A stretch of 56,421 nucleotides of DNA from a virus. The position numbers were made by a program, and so were the translations under genes. Numbering within the stretch: position 1 is the stretch's first letter; the number at the start of each line of letters is the position of its first letter. The notes under the pieces were generated by a model, which saw nothing but the letters and a program-made list of their open reading frames with translations, was not told where the DNA came from and ran no database searches. Of the stretch, positions 17,126-26,534 are shown in pieces. The stretch covers positions 1-56,421 of the IMG/VR virus record IMGVR_UViG_3300027887_000001. One strand, written 5' to 3'.

Positions 17126-18208
17126 ATGGGTGACCCCAAATCTATTCATATCTCAGACATTCGAACATTCCGTTCATGTAGGCGCAAGTGGCAGTGGTCG
17201 TCTCCGTTACATCGTAACCTGGAGTCGACCGTTCCTTATGCTCCCTTCTTTACTGGTCGAGCTATTCATCATGCATTGGAGATGTATTACACGACAGGCG
17301 AATTACCTATTGATGCCGTGCAGAAGTTTATCATCTCCGAACGCGATGAGTGGGAGAAGTTGGGGGACTTATGGGCGCAAGAGGAAGTGATATTCGGAGA
17401 GCAGGTCAATTTGATCGAGGGCTTGTTAGGGCACTATACGTTATGGGTGCAGCAAGACCAAAAGAAGTATAGCGACCGCAATCTAGAATTCATTGCCCTT
17501 GAACAGGAGTTCGATGTCCCCTTTCCCGTCCCCCCAGGTTGCGTAGATCCTCAGCTACGACTTGGGGGGCGGTTTGATGGTATTGTTCGGCATAAGGAAA
17601 CAGGAGAGTACTGGATCTGGGAAACCAAAACAACTCGTTCAATCCAGGAACTTGTAAGGTCTCTAGATAACGACGAGCAATGTGGTACTTATATGTATGC
17701 AGCGTCTCAGATGTTTGGACACCCGATTGTTGGAGTCCTTTACAACATCATGCGTAAGAAGGTTCCAACGATACCTGCTATGCTTGCCAATGGTTTGTTC
17801 TCGCAGAACAAGTCAATCGATACTACAGCGTTTCATTACGTACAGTGTATTAGAGATGAGTATCCCGATGTCTCTGATGAATTCATCATGGAGTCGTATG
17901 CCAACTTCTTAGCTCAGTTGTTACCTAATGAGCAGAAGTTCTTTGTGCGTTGGCCTGTATATCGTAGTCCGTTCATGATTGATATGTTGATGGAAGGATT
18001 GTACCATACAGCAATGGAGATGGTGAATCCTGATACTAAGTACTATCCATCACCTAGTTGGTTGAACTGCAACTTCTGTTCGTTCAAAGGTCCGTGTCTT
18101 GCAATGAATGCAGGCATTGATCACGAAGTATTACTTGAAGCAGAGTACCAAGTACGTCAGTCACAGAAATCTATTCGCACAGTCGAAGAAGGAGAGATAG
18201 AGCAATGA
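17126..18208 (+). CDS. PD-(D/E)XK exonuclease, Cas4/RecB-like, with four-Cys cluster
   Basis: GRFDGIV...YWIWETKT (D...ExK). Cys in FRSCRRKW plus C-terminal CNFCSFKGPC (CX2CX5C). Confidence 0.75.
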   Translation: MGDPKSIHISDIRTFRSCRRKWQWSSPLHRNLESTVPYAPFFTGRAIHHALEMYYTTGELPIDAVQKFIISERDEWEKLGDLWAQEEVIFGEQVNLIEGLLGHYTLWVQQDQKKYSDRNLEFIALEQEFDVPFPVPPGCVDPQLRLGGRFDGIVRHKETGEYWIWETKTTRSIQELVRSLDNDEQCGTYMYAASQMFGHPIVGVLYNIMRKKVPTIPAMLANGLFSQNKSIDTTAFHYVQCIRDEYPDVSDEFIMESYANFLAQLLPNEQKFFVRWPVYRSPFMIDMLMEGLYHTAMEMVNPDTKYYPSPSWLNCNFCSFKGPCLAMNAGIDHEVLLEAEYQVRQSQKSIRTVEEGEIEQ

Positions 18209-18432
18209 CACCAAATCGTATGGCAATACGTAACGAGATTGAACGTCTGCTTGGTTTGTATGACCGCAATATGTACGAAGCAGCCGACGTTATCACTGAT
18301 TATGTTATGAAGACGCTAGATAAGGCAGTTCGTAATCCTGCGGATACTGCAATCACACTTGACATTCAGGATGGCACCTTGGGTTCATCTGATTCGTGGG
18401 AGAATCCGAACGACAACGAAGGAGATAAGTAA
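18205..18432 (+). CDS. Hypothetical protein (75 aa)
   Basis: ATGA overlap with the upstream gene. Confidence 0.5.
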   Translation: MTPNRMAIRNEIERLLGLYDRNMYEAADVITDYVMKTLDKAVRNPADTAITLDIQDGTLGSSDSWENPNDNEGDK

Positions 18433-19241
18433 TGGCATCAGAACCTAAGCCAGACGATAAACTGAAGTTGTTAGTCTATGGTCGTCCAGGGTGCGGTAAA
18501 ACGTATCTGATGGGCACAGGGGCTGGAGATAAACGGTTGGGTCGTTGCCTTATGCTTGAAGCAAAGGGTAATCCCATTTCCCTCAGAAAGATGAAAGTGA
18601 AGCCGGATATCATATCCATTCACGCAATGCAGGACTTCAATGGGCCGTATCGTTGGTTATCAGACGGACAAGATCCAAACGATTCCTTTTGTAAGGAGTT
18701 TGATTTAGAGCCACCGTACAGCACATTACTGATAGATGGTCTCACTGAAGTTCAACGACAAATGGTTCGACGTATCACGGGTGTTGTTGATATGATGCCA
18801 GGTGAGCTCACACCTCCATTAGGTCGTCAGGGATTCGGTTCACTACTTGGTTCGATGTTGAACTGGGCAGTCAAGTTCTTCGATCTCGCTGAGACAACTA
18901 TATGGGGCGATCGTGCTCTGAACATCATGATTTCGAGTCACGAAGCAACATCTCAGGACGATAAACAGGTAATGAATACCAAGCCATTGATTTGGGGTCA
19001 ATCAGGAGATGAGATTGCTGGATACGCTTACATGGTAATGCGATTGTCAACACGCATGCAGGTTGATAGCGATATCAAAGCAGAGAATCCTGATGTTATC
19101 AAACCCGATGTATTCAATGTAGGGCAAGTGTGGCCCACTACAAAGGTCTATGCAAAGGACCAGTATCAGACTGGTGTAACACATATCATCAATCCATCAA
19201 TGGAGAAGATTCTAGACTTGATTGAGCAGGGCAGCCAATAA
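18432..19241 (+). CDS. RecA-fold AAA ATPase (Sak4-like recombination protein)
   Basis: Walker A VYGRPGCGKTYL and Walker B LLIDGLTE. Sits upstream of a DUF669-like gene, a typical pairing. Confidence 0.6.
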   Translation: MASEPKPDDKLKLLVYGRPGCGKTYLMGTGAGDKRLGRCLMLEAKGNPISLRKMKVKPDIISIHAMQDFNGPYRWLSDGQDPNDSFCKEFDLEPPYSTLLIDGLTEVQRQMVRRITGVVDMMPGELTPPLGRQGFGSLLGSMLNWAVKFFDLAETTIWGDRALNIMISSHEATSQDDKQVMNTKPLIWGQSGDEIAGYAYMVMRLSTRMQVDSDIKAENPDVIKPDVFNVGQVWPTTKVYAKDQYQTGVTHIINPSMEKILDLIEQGSQ

Positions 19242-19291
19242 GTCAGGACCTAACCTAAACAACTCACATACAGAAAGCGAGAACCTAAAAC

Positions 19292-19723
19292 ATGTCCCCA
19301 AGTATTGATTTTGGAAGTGTCAAAGGCCTGGAGCCTATTCCGGCTGGTAACTATTTGGCTACAATTACCAAGGCTGACAGCGGTCAGTCCAAAGCTGGAA
19401 ATCAGAAGATCGATGTCCAGTGGAAGATTGACGGTGGTCAGTACGATGGCCGCATCATCTTCGAATCCCTTGTCTTCACTGAGAAGACGCTGTTTCGTGT
19501 CAAGAACACTCTCCTGGGTCTTGGCTTTGACAAGAACTTCAATGGAGAGATCACCAGCGAAATGTTGGTGAACAAGGTTGCCACGATCTCCGTTGACATC
19601 GAAATCTCCACGCAGGTGGATCCTGAAACGGGAGAGCCGTATCCTCCTCGTAACCGCATCAAGAAGGTTCAGGCCCCGAAGGCTGGTGGTGCTCCTTCAT
19701 TGATTCCTGGTAAGAAGAAGTAA
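19292..19723 (+). CDS. DUF669-like single-stranded-DNA-binding protein
   Basis: PAGNYLATITKADSGQSKAGNQKIDVQWKIDGGQYDGRIIFESL matches my recollection of the DUF669 pattern. Basic, flexible C-tail. Confidence 0.5.
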   Translation: MSPSIDFGSVKGLEPIPAGNYLATITKADSGQSKAGNQKIDVQWKIDGGQYDGRIIFESLVFTEKTLFRVKNTLLGLGFDKNFNGEITSEMLVNKVATISVDIEISTQVDPETGEPYPPRNRIKKVQAPKAGGAPSLIPGKKK

Positions 19724-19799
19724 GGCTACGAGACGTAGCAAGTAATACAACCTGACAGAGCTGCCCTGCTCACCCTAGTTTAGAATCAACGAGGCGACG

Positions 19800-22232
19800 A
19801 TGACAGACTTTCTAAAAAGTTTTGCGTTCGGTGGAATAATTGCTATATGTATTCCACCAGACGGTGCGAAGCCTACGCCTGCGCATACGAAGTATATTAT
19901 TAGCGAAGACGTCTCTACCATTGAAATACCAGATGATAGAGACGTCTTCTTTGGTCCTGCGATGCGGCAGTCATTTGGAACCGAAAAGAAAGATGTGTAT
20001 GGCTCTATTGCATTGTGGGTTGATGCTGATGATCCTCAGCGTCCGCTATTTACCTTACCACCTTCGTATATGGTGTTTAGCGGACACGGTTGGCATCTCT
20101 ACTGGCTTCTCACAGAGCCTGTGCTTGATGTTGAGTTGTTGGAAGAGCTCAACAAGATAGTTACGGAAGACGTTCCAACGGCTGACAAGGCATGTTGGAA
20201 TGCAAATAGGATATTACGAGTACCTGGAACGCTCAATAGAAAGGAAGAACCCCATGTTAGGTGTGAAGTTCGAGTTTCAAGACCCACAATCAGATATAGC
20301 ATTGCCGATATTCGAGTGGTTGCAAGCCTTGATAACAAAGCGAGGCACAAAATTCGAACCGGTGACAGTCGAGGTTACAGATCGAGAAGCGAACGTGACT
20401 GGGCTATTGTCACGGCACTCGTCTCTGCTGGCGCAAGTGACGATCTCATTACCCGATTATTCGCACTACAACCTTGTGGGGACAAAGCCCAAGAAAACGA
20501 TCATTATCTACCGCAGACCATTGAAAAAGTCCGCGAGAAAGTCCAAGCCCAAGAGCGTGACGGAATCACAAGCTTCACACCTCACGCAGAAGAAGTCTCG
20601 TCCGAAATCAAAGAAGACGACGAAGGCTACTACATCGGCACGAAAAGAGGCGTAAGGCGACTCAGTACCTTCGTAATTGTACCCCAGTTGCTATTGGACG
20701 GTTCGAAGTTCAACGGCGAAGATGCAATCGTATCACAAGTAAAGGCTGCAGGATATACGTGGGATGGCAAGACGTTTTCACGTCAAGCGTTCACCACTGT
20801 ATCGCGCTTCGACAAAGAAGCGCCCGTTATGGCGTGGCAGTGGCTGGCCCACGACGATGATTTGAGAGCGCTCCTCCCATACCTCCTGGACAAGCTCCGG
20901 GCCGTCGGGTTACCGAAAATCGCTGCCACGCCAATGATGGGATTACATAAGCTAAGTGATAAGTGGTTCTTCGTTGGTGACAAGGAGGTCCTAGATGGTG
21001 CGCAAGTATGGGAAGGGTTCTCAGGACCGATTGCTTGGTTACCAGCACAGAAAGAACATCCGCAATTGGACTTACATGCAGTATGTAGTAAGAAGGAATT
21101 AGAGTTCATTGCAACATCAGTTCCATTACTCAATAGGGAGACTTCGATATGGCCTATGATTGGTTGGTACAGCGCATCGTGTTTGAAACCCTGGATCGAA
21201 CAACACAACTTGAGATTTCCTATACTCAACGTTGCTGGTACAAAGGGTTCTGGCAAGACCACACTAATTCAACGGGTCTTCCTACCTTTATTCGGGCAGA
21301 CAGATCCGAAGACATACGATTCAGGTACGACTCGATTCGTTACCTTAGCCTTGTTAGGGTCGTCTAATGCTATACCAATCGCATTCTCTGAGTTCAGATA
21401 TGAACTTGTCGAACGGTTTCTACGCTTCGTCCTCCTCGCTTACGATACCGGTCACGATCCGCGGGGGAAAGGCGATCAAACGACAGTGGACTATCCTCTC
21501 GCGGCTCCTTTCAGTGTCGATGGGGAAGACCTTATTGAAGATCCCGCAGCAAGGGAACGTATTGTTGTGGCACAATTACACCCTCATGATATTGATGAAG
21601 AGTCCGAAGGATACAAAACGTTTCAACAGCTTCGTAATAATCTTCCGCATGGATTTGGAGGTCACTTCATCCAAAGCACTTTGGCGCTCATGCCAGAGTT
21701 GGAGGGGATGCTTGAAGGCGCTCGTGCTGAAGTCTTCCGATGTTTCCCCGCGAAGCTTCCGGATAGAGTTAGAAACAATCACATAGTGACATACTTCGGT
21801 ATGACATTATGGTGTAGAATTACAGGTACTCCACTTCCTGAACCTACTGTGCTTCAAGGAAGTATTGAGTCTGTATATAATCTCAAGTCAGGACGTGCTC
21901 CGACACTTGCAGATGGTATGGTTGAAGACATCGTGAATGCCAGTGTAGCTGGTACAATGAACTTCAATCACGTGTACGATCAAGCGAATGGGATACTTTG
22001 GTTTCAACTAGCTCCAGCTCATTCGTGGTGGATTACATCCAGGCGTCGTCAAGGCCGTGGCGCTCTAGAACGTGATGCTATTCGTGCTCAACTAAAAGAA
22101 GCTCCGTATTCGGAGCAACCTCAAGCCTTGAACGATACCTGGATGTATGGTATCAATCTAGCCCGAGCAGCCGAGGTCGGACTAGATGTTCCAAGTAAGC
22201 TTCCCGATCGGTCATTTGTAGTACGATTCTGA
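19800..22232 (+). CDS. AEP primase-polymerase fused to a P-loop (SF3/D5-like) helicase
   Basis: AEP motifs LWVDADD, SGHGWHLYW and RILRVPGTLN. Walker A VAGTKGSGKTTL and Walker B-like SVDGEDL. Confidence 0.75.
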   Translation: MTDFLKSFAFGGIIAICIPPDGAKPTPAHTKYIISEDVSTIEIPDDRDVFFGPAMRQSFGTEKKDVYGSIALWVDADDPQRPLFTLPPSYMVFSGHGWHLYWLLTEPVLDVELLEELNKIVTEDVPTADKACWNANRILRVPGTLNRKEEPHVRCEVRVSRPTIRYSIADIRVVASLDNKARHKIRTGDSRGYRSRSERDWAIVTALVSAGASDDLITRLFALQPCGDKAQENDHYLPQTIEKVREKVQAQERDGITSFTPHAEEVSSEIKEDDEGYYIGTKRGVRRLSTFVIVPQLLLDGSKFNGEDAIVSQVKAAGYTWDGKTFSRQAFTTVSRFDKEAPVMAWQWLAHDDDLRALLPYLLDKLRAVGLPKIAATPMMGLHKLSDKWFFVGDKEVLDGAQVWEGFSGPIAWLPAQKEHPQLDLHAVCSKKELEFIATSVPLLNRETSIWPMIGWYSASCLKPWIEQHNLRFPILNVAGTKGSGKTTLIQRVFLPLFGQTDPKTYDSGTTRFVTLALLGSSNAIPIAFSEFRYELVERFLRFVLLAYDTGHDPRGKGDQTTVDYPLAAPFSVDGEDLIEDPAARERIVVAQLHPHDIDEESEGYKTFQQLRNNLPHGFGGHFIQSTLALMPELEGMLEGARAEVFRCFPAKLPDRVRNNHIVTYFGMTLWCRITGTPLPEPTVLQGSIESVYNLKSGRAPTLADGMVEDIVNASVAGTMNFNHVYDQANGILWFQLAPAHSWWITSRRRQGRGALERDAIRAQLKEAPYSEQPQALNDTWMYGINLARAAEVGLDVPSKLPDRSFVVRF

Positions 22233-22245
22233 AAGGAGTAATAGC

Positions 22246-22527
22246 ATGGCAGACCAAAACGGATTGAGTGGCGTTGAACAGATCGAAGCAGAACGCAAAC
22301 GCCAAATAGAAACGAAGGGCTTCGTTGCTGAGCACGATGAGCAGTGGACCGAAGGTGAGCTCGTTGAAGCTGCAACGGCATTGCTCTTAGGTGAGGAAGA
22401 TTTGTGGCCCTGGTTTGATGATAACGAAGAGTCTACCTTCAAATCAGAAGGTAACATTGAGGACTTGGTTCGTGCAGGTGCTCTGATTGCAGCCGAGATC
22501 GATCGCTTGCAGAGGTTGGAGGGATAG
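22246..22527 (+). CDS. Conserved-looking hypothetical protein (93 aa)
   Basis: EAERKRQ..KGF..EHD...GELVEAA...LWPW...LVRAGALIAAEIDRL pattern. I recall it as a widespread phage family but cannot name it. Confidence 0.5.
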   Translation: MADQNGLSGVEQIEAERKRQIETKGFVAEHDEQWTEGELVEAATALLLGEEDLWPWFDDNEESTFKSEGNIEDLVRAGALIAAEIDRLQRLEG

Positions 22528-22528
22528 T

Positions 22529-23158
22529 GTGCCCTCAATTGATTTCAAAGCGGTTGATACGCCCGTCTTTTCTCGACCCGAATTGCTAAGACATGGAACA
22601 ATCCCGCAACCCCTCTTTGGTGTGGCTCCTAGAAACATCATGGGAGAAGTCTGGTGGGATCTTACCAGACGCGAGGCTTACTCGCGGAACAACATGCGTT
22701 GCTACGCCTGTGGGGGTCCTGGACCTCTCAATGCACATGAAGTCTATGACATTGATTATGCCAGGCGTACGTCAACGTACATCGAAGCCGTTGCCTTATG
22801 CAACAAATGCCACGATTTCATTCATATCGGCAGGCTTGTCAGTCTATTCTCGCGTGAGAAAGTTTCTATACGCGAATTCAAGGCGACGGTATTACACGGA
22901 TACAATACTCTCCGCGTTGCAGGTCTCAAATGTCATTGGTCCACCACAGCCATTCGGACAGCAACGACATACATGAAGGCCGACAAGGGATGGGTTGATC
23001 AGATACTACGTAACTGCGATCCACCTCCTAAGGTTGTCATGGAACACAATGCTAAGCTCGAATGGGATGACTGGCGAATGATATTCGAAGGTAAGAAGTA
23101 CAAGCCGAAGTATGTAAACAGTGCTGATGCTACACAACATTATCTTATGGAAGAATAG
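22529..23158 (+). CDS. Zinc-binding, HNH-like protein of unknown function, GTG start
   Basis: GTG 22529 after ggaggga. RCYACGG...NAHEVYD...LCNKCHDFIHIG resembles an HNH/zinc-finger core. Confidence 0.45.
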   Translation: MPSIDFKAVDTPVFSRPELLRHGTIPQPLFGVAPRNIMGEVWWDLTRREAYSRNNMRCYACGGPGPLNAHEVYDIDYARRTSTYIEAVALCNKCHDFIHIGRLVSLFSREKVSIREFKATVLHGYNTLRVAGLKCHWSTTAIRTATTYMKADKGWVDQILRNCDPPPKVVMEHNAKLEWDDWRMIFEGKKYKPKYVNSADATQHYLMEE

Positions 23159-23166
23159 GAGGTGAT

Positions 23167-23898
23167 ATGACAAGAACAGTGTTATTGTTTTCGGGTGGCT
23201 TAGATAGTACTTCGTTGCTAGCCCAACTAATGACAACAGAGGAAGAAATCCTTGCGCTGTCGTTCAAGTATGGCTCTCTTCACGAAGGTTCTGAGATGTT
23301 GGCAGCTGCAAATGTGATAAAGTATTACGAAGGAGTTGCCCACGAAGTGATTCAGTTACCCATCGAAATATTTGCAGGTGGTAGCTCGGCTTTACTAGGA
23401 CAGACTGAAATGCCTAACGAGGAATACCACGATATCACCAAAGAGACTCCTTCAGCAACAGTAGTGCCATTTCGTAATGCTAATCTCATTTCGATGGCTG
23501 TCTCAGTTGCGAACTCTCGTGGCTTCGATCAAGTTGCCATTGCGAACCATGCAACGGACTCGCAAGGATGGGCCTACCCAGATTGCACACCAGAATTTAT
23601 GGGTCCGATGGCGGCAGCAGTATACATTGGAACGATGAGAGCTGTTCGGCTGTACACACCCTTCCAGTTCCTGACGAAGGCTGATATTGTGACGCTAGCT
23701 GCTAGGCACAGGGCGCCATTGTATTTGACTCGTTCGTGTTATCGAGGTGGTATGATTGCATGTGGGGAGTGCCCTACATGCTTAGAGCGCATTACGGCTT
23801 TCGTAATTGCTGGCTACGTTGACCCAATCAAGTACGTTCTCGAACCTAGAGCTTGGGACATTGTTGGTCTCAAAGAGTTTCCGAAAGAAGAGAGGTGA
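23167..23898 (+). CDS. queC: 7-cyano-7-deazaguanine synthase QueC
   Basis: PP-loop VLLFSGGLDSTS, VVPFRNANL, YPDCTPEF, C-terminal SCYRGGMIACGECPTCLERITAF..YVDP. Confidence 0.9.
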   Translation: MTRTVLLFSGGLDSTSLLAQLMTTEEEILALSFKYGSLHEGSEMLAAANVIKYYEGVAHEVIQLPIEIFAGGSSALLGQTEMPNEEYHDITKETPSATVVPFRNANLISMAVSVANSRGFDQVAIANHATDSQGWAYPDCTPEFMGPMAAAVYIGTMRAVRLYTPFQFLTKADIVTLAARHRAPLYLTRSCYRGGMIACGECPTCLERITAFVIAGYVDPIKYVLEPRAWDIVGLKEFPKEER

Positions 23899-23900
23899 GC

Positions 23901-24542
23901 ATGGCAACAGCAGTACTTGCATTAGACGGATTAGCAACAGCAACACTCATAGCTGATGTGGTGGTCGAAGCTGCGATCCCAAATGATACTATGGTTGTTT
24001 CGCTACCACACGGCTTACGCCATCAGGAAGGAACGGCACAAAGAGTATCAGCCCACTTTGGGCTCAACTGGTACTCCTTTGACGTACCTCAGTTATGGTA
24101 TAGTAGTGATCCGATGATTGTAGTACCTTTTCGAGATTCATTACTTGCGGGCTATGCGATTGCATTAGCTGCTCAGTATGCAGTTAGTTGGATTGCCCTT
24201 CCTGGTCATGCTAGTGCACCTTATACATGGACAACGCCCGATTATATGCCCGAGTGCGTAGGTGGCTTAGCTTCAGCAGCGGTTGCGGGTACGAACTTAG
24301 CAGTCCGTGTACGAGCACCCTATGCTTGGATGACGAAGGCTGATATCGTTCGTTGGGCAGCCGTTCTTCGCGCACCGCTATGGCTCTCTTGGTCATGCTA
24401 CATCAATGATATAGCTGCATGTGGCGTATGTCCTTCATGTCTCGAACGTATCGCAGCCTTCACCGAAGCGGGCTTCATCGATCCTATCTCGTATGCTATC
24501 CAAGTAGCGTGGCCGCAGGGTATCGCGGAGTTTCCGAGGTAA
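23901..24542 (+). CDS. QueC paralog with degenerate PP-loop (function unknown)
   Basis: Collinear with QueC (VVPFRD, MPECVG, MTKADIV, SCYINDIAACGVCPSCLERIAAF..FIDP), but SGGLDS is replaced by LDGLAT. Confidence 0.75.
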   Translation: MATAVLALDGLATATLIADVVVEAAIPNDTMVVSLPHGLRHQEGTAQRVSAHFGLNWYSFDVPQLWYSSDPMIVVPFRDSLLAGYAIALAAQYAVSWIALPGHASAPYTWTTPDYMPECVGGLASAAVAGTNLAVRVRAPYAWMTKADIVRWAAVLRAPLWLSWSCYINDIAACGVCPSCLERIAAFTEAGFIDPISYAIQVAWPQGIAEFPR

Positions 24543-24545
24543 TGT

Positions 24546-24986
24546 ATGTGGACAATCTCAAGGGACTATTCGTTCAGTGCCGCTCATCGAATTGAGGGCC
24601 ACCCCAAATGCGGACGTCTTCATGGGCATAACTACAAGGTGCGAGTCACATTGTGGGGATATCCCGGTAGGAGTGGGATGCTTCTTGATTACGGTGACCT
24701 TGATAAGATAGTCAAGCCCTTCATTGAAGCTCTCGATCACAGATACATCGTTTCGAATCAAAACGAAAGTGGAGGTGACGAATATGGACCTATTGCAGTA
24801 AAGCGTGGTGATGCAGCAAGATTGAACATCGAGGCATCTACAGCAGAACTTCTAGCAAAGTGGTTCTTCACACTCTGTAGGCATGATCTGCTTTCGAAGT
24901 ATCCAGGAACATGGTACGAAGGTTTCCGAATGGCAATTGAGGTTCAGGAAACTGACAAATCGTTCGCAACCTATACGGAGATGTAA
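24546..24986 (+). CDS. queD: 6-carboxy-5,6,7,8-tetrahydropterin synthase QueD
   Basis: FSAAHRIEGHPKCGRLHGHNYKV matches the PTPS/QueD active-site motif. 146 aa. Confidence 0.85.
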   Translation: MWTISRDYSFSAAHRIEGHPKCGRLHGHNYKVRVTLWGYPGRSGMLLDYGDLDKIVKPFIEALDHRYIVSNQNESGGDEYGPIAVKRGDAARLNIEASTAELLAKWFFTLCRHDLLSKYPGTWYEGFRMAIEVQETDKSFATYTEM

Positions 24987-24987
24987 T

Positions 24988-25635
24988 ATGTCAAAGACTT
25001 GCACCAAGTGTCAACAAACTAAAGAAGACGATGCCTTCAACAAGGATAGTCGGTCTATCGATGGCTTGGCGTGGTGGTGCAAAGACTGCTCGCGGGCTCA
25101 GAGTAAGAAGTATCGCTCCGAACATCTCGAAGAACGCCGTGCAGTAGAGCGCGCTCGACGAACCGACACTGACAGAGAGCGCGCTCGTAACTACTATCAC
25201 GAGCATCGAAAAGAGTACAAGGCCTACATTACGGCTCATCCTGAAGTTCATCGTAGATCAGCACTCAAGACGTTCTACAAACTCACGATGGAAGAGTACG
25301 ATAAGATGCTCATTGAGCAAGATGGTAAGTGTGCCATCTGTGAGACTCCGCAGGAAGAGCTCAAGAAGCCCCTCGTTGTAGACCACGACCATAACACAGG
25401 GGCAGTGCGTGGGCTTCTTTGCCCTAATTGCAATCACGGCTTAGGTCGTTTCAAGGACAGTCTAGATACCGTTAGAAAGGCTGTATTGTACTTAGAGCAA
25501 GGTGAGGTTCGTAATATTATTGCAGCTACCGCGGCTGCAGAGAAAGCAAAGGAGGTGGTGCCTGTTGAAGTGAAACAAGAACAGCCGATAAAAGAGGTGA
25601 AAGATGACAAGCCAAAGTACACAGCAATTGATTGA
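24988..25635 (+). CDS. HNH endonuclease, endonuclease VII family (free-standing homing-type)
   Basis: QDGKCAICE...LVVDHDHNTGAVRGLLCPNCNHGLGRF is the Endonuclease_7 core. Additional N-terminal CxxC...CxxC. Confidence 0.8.
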   Translation: MSKTCTKCQQTKEDDAFNKDSRSIDGLAWWCKDCSRAQSKKYRSEHLEERRAVERARRTDTDRERARNYYHEHRKEYKAYITAHPEVHRRSALKTFYKLTMEEYDKMLIEQDGKCAICETPQEELKKPLVVDHDHNTGAVRGLLCPNCNHGLGRFKDSLDTVRKAVLYLEQGEVRNIIAATAAAEKAKEVVPVEVKQEQPIKEVKDDKPKYTAID

Positions 25636-25900
25636 GGAACGCGATGCAACATACGGCGTGGCATGGAAAGCTTCAGGTTATGCACTCCAGCCGTTAGCGA
25701 AGCAAGTGATTGGCTTGCTCCTAAAAGCACCCGAAGCGTTCTTCCCGTGGCTTATGATTCATAATAAGCTAATACGGATATTGGCCAATCCACACCATAT
25801 AGACAGCTGGCGCGATATTGCAGGATATGCTGAACTAATGGTTCAAGACATAGAGCGCGAGAGCGCAAAGAAAGGAACGGAATATCATGGTAAAGTTTGA
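25604..25900 (+). CDS. Small helical protein, DUF1599/Nmad1-like (tentative)
   Basis: ERDATYG...W....HNKLIRIL...DSWRDIAGYAELM resembles the nucleotide-modification-associated DUF1599 pattern from memory. Confidence 0.35.
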   Translation: MTSQSTQQLIEERDATYGVAWKASGYALQPLAKQVIGLLLKAPEAFFPWLMIHNKLIRILANPHHIDSWRDIAGYAELMVQDIERESAKKGTEYHGKV

Positions 25901-26255
25901 AGAAGTTGCACCTGAAGATGTTGGCGATAAGTTCGATACTCGAGGTCGTGTATCGTATCCGCTTCTGCGTGATTTCCTTGCTACTGGAATGTATTCAGCA
26001 TCGCCTGATCTTGCTGGATACGACCAGAAGCTCGAGCGCATTGCGTCGTCCTGCATCAACTACTGCCGCGTTCATCAACTGCCTGTGAAAGTTCTTCAGA
26101 AGGGTGGTCGCTTGGTTTTCTATCGCCTGGACTACACGCCTGAAGGTCAGCCCATTCCAGGTTGGTTGGAGAAGCGGCAGCGTCAGCGTGAGGCGCGTGT
26201 TGGTGGAGACATCGACATCAAGCCCATAGCAATTGCAGCTGTCAAAACCAAGTAG
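25887..26255 (+). CDS. Hypothetical protein (122 aa) in the deazaguanine island
   Basis: ORF overlapping the upstream stop by 14 nt. No motif recognised. Confidence 0.5.
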   Translation: MVKFEEVAPEDVGDKFDTRGRVSYPLLRDFLATGMYSASPDLAGYDQKLERIASSCINYCRVHQLPVKVLQKGGRLVFYRLDYTPEGQPIPGWLEKRQRQREARVGGDIDIKPIAIAAVKTK

Positions 26256-26263
26256 CATTACTA

Positions 26264-26294
26264 AAGGGAGGTTCGTCTTGATGAGAACCTCCCA
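26264..26294 (+). other. Hairpin after 25887..26255 (possible weak terminator or attenuator)
   Basis: gggaggttc / gaacctccc 9-bp stem. No clear T-run. Confidence 0.35.
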
Positions 26295-26315
26295 CTTCCA
26301 AGAATTTGGAGACAT

Positions 26316-26534
26316 ATGTCTACAAAAGCGATATCAAGGATTATGTTGTATAACTACATATACTACTTGCAAGAGCTTGTGCCCTTTTCTTGGATAGAAG
26401 GTATGAACATGCTTGAGCCTAATGAGACCTTGCCTATACAAGGAATTGTTTACTCACAGCATCCGGACACAGCCTTCCCTTTGGAAGTGCTTGCGTTACG
26501 TAAAGGAGACTCCGATGACCTATCAAGTAAATGA
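26316..26534 (+). CDS. Questionable small ORF (72 aa)
   Basis: ggaga lies only 3 nt before the ATG. The ORF overlaps the queE start by 20 nt. The region could instead be a leader. Confidence 0.25.
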   Translation: MSTKAISRIMLYNYIYYLQELVPFSWIEGMNMLEPNETLPIQGIVYSQHPDTAFPLEVLALRKGDSDDLSSK

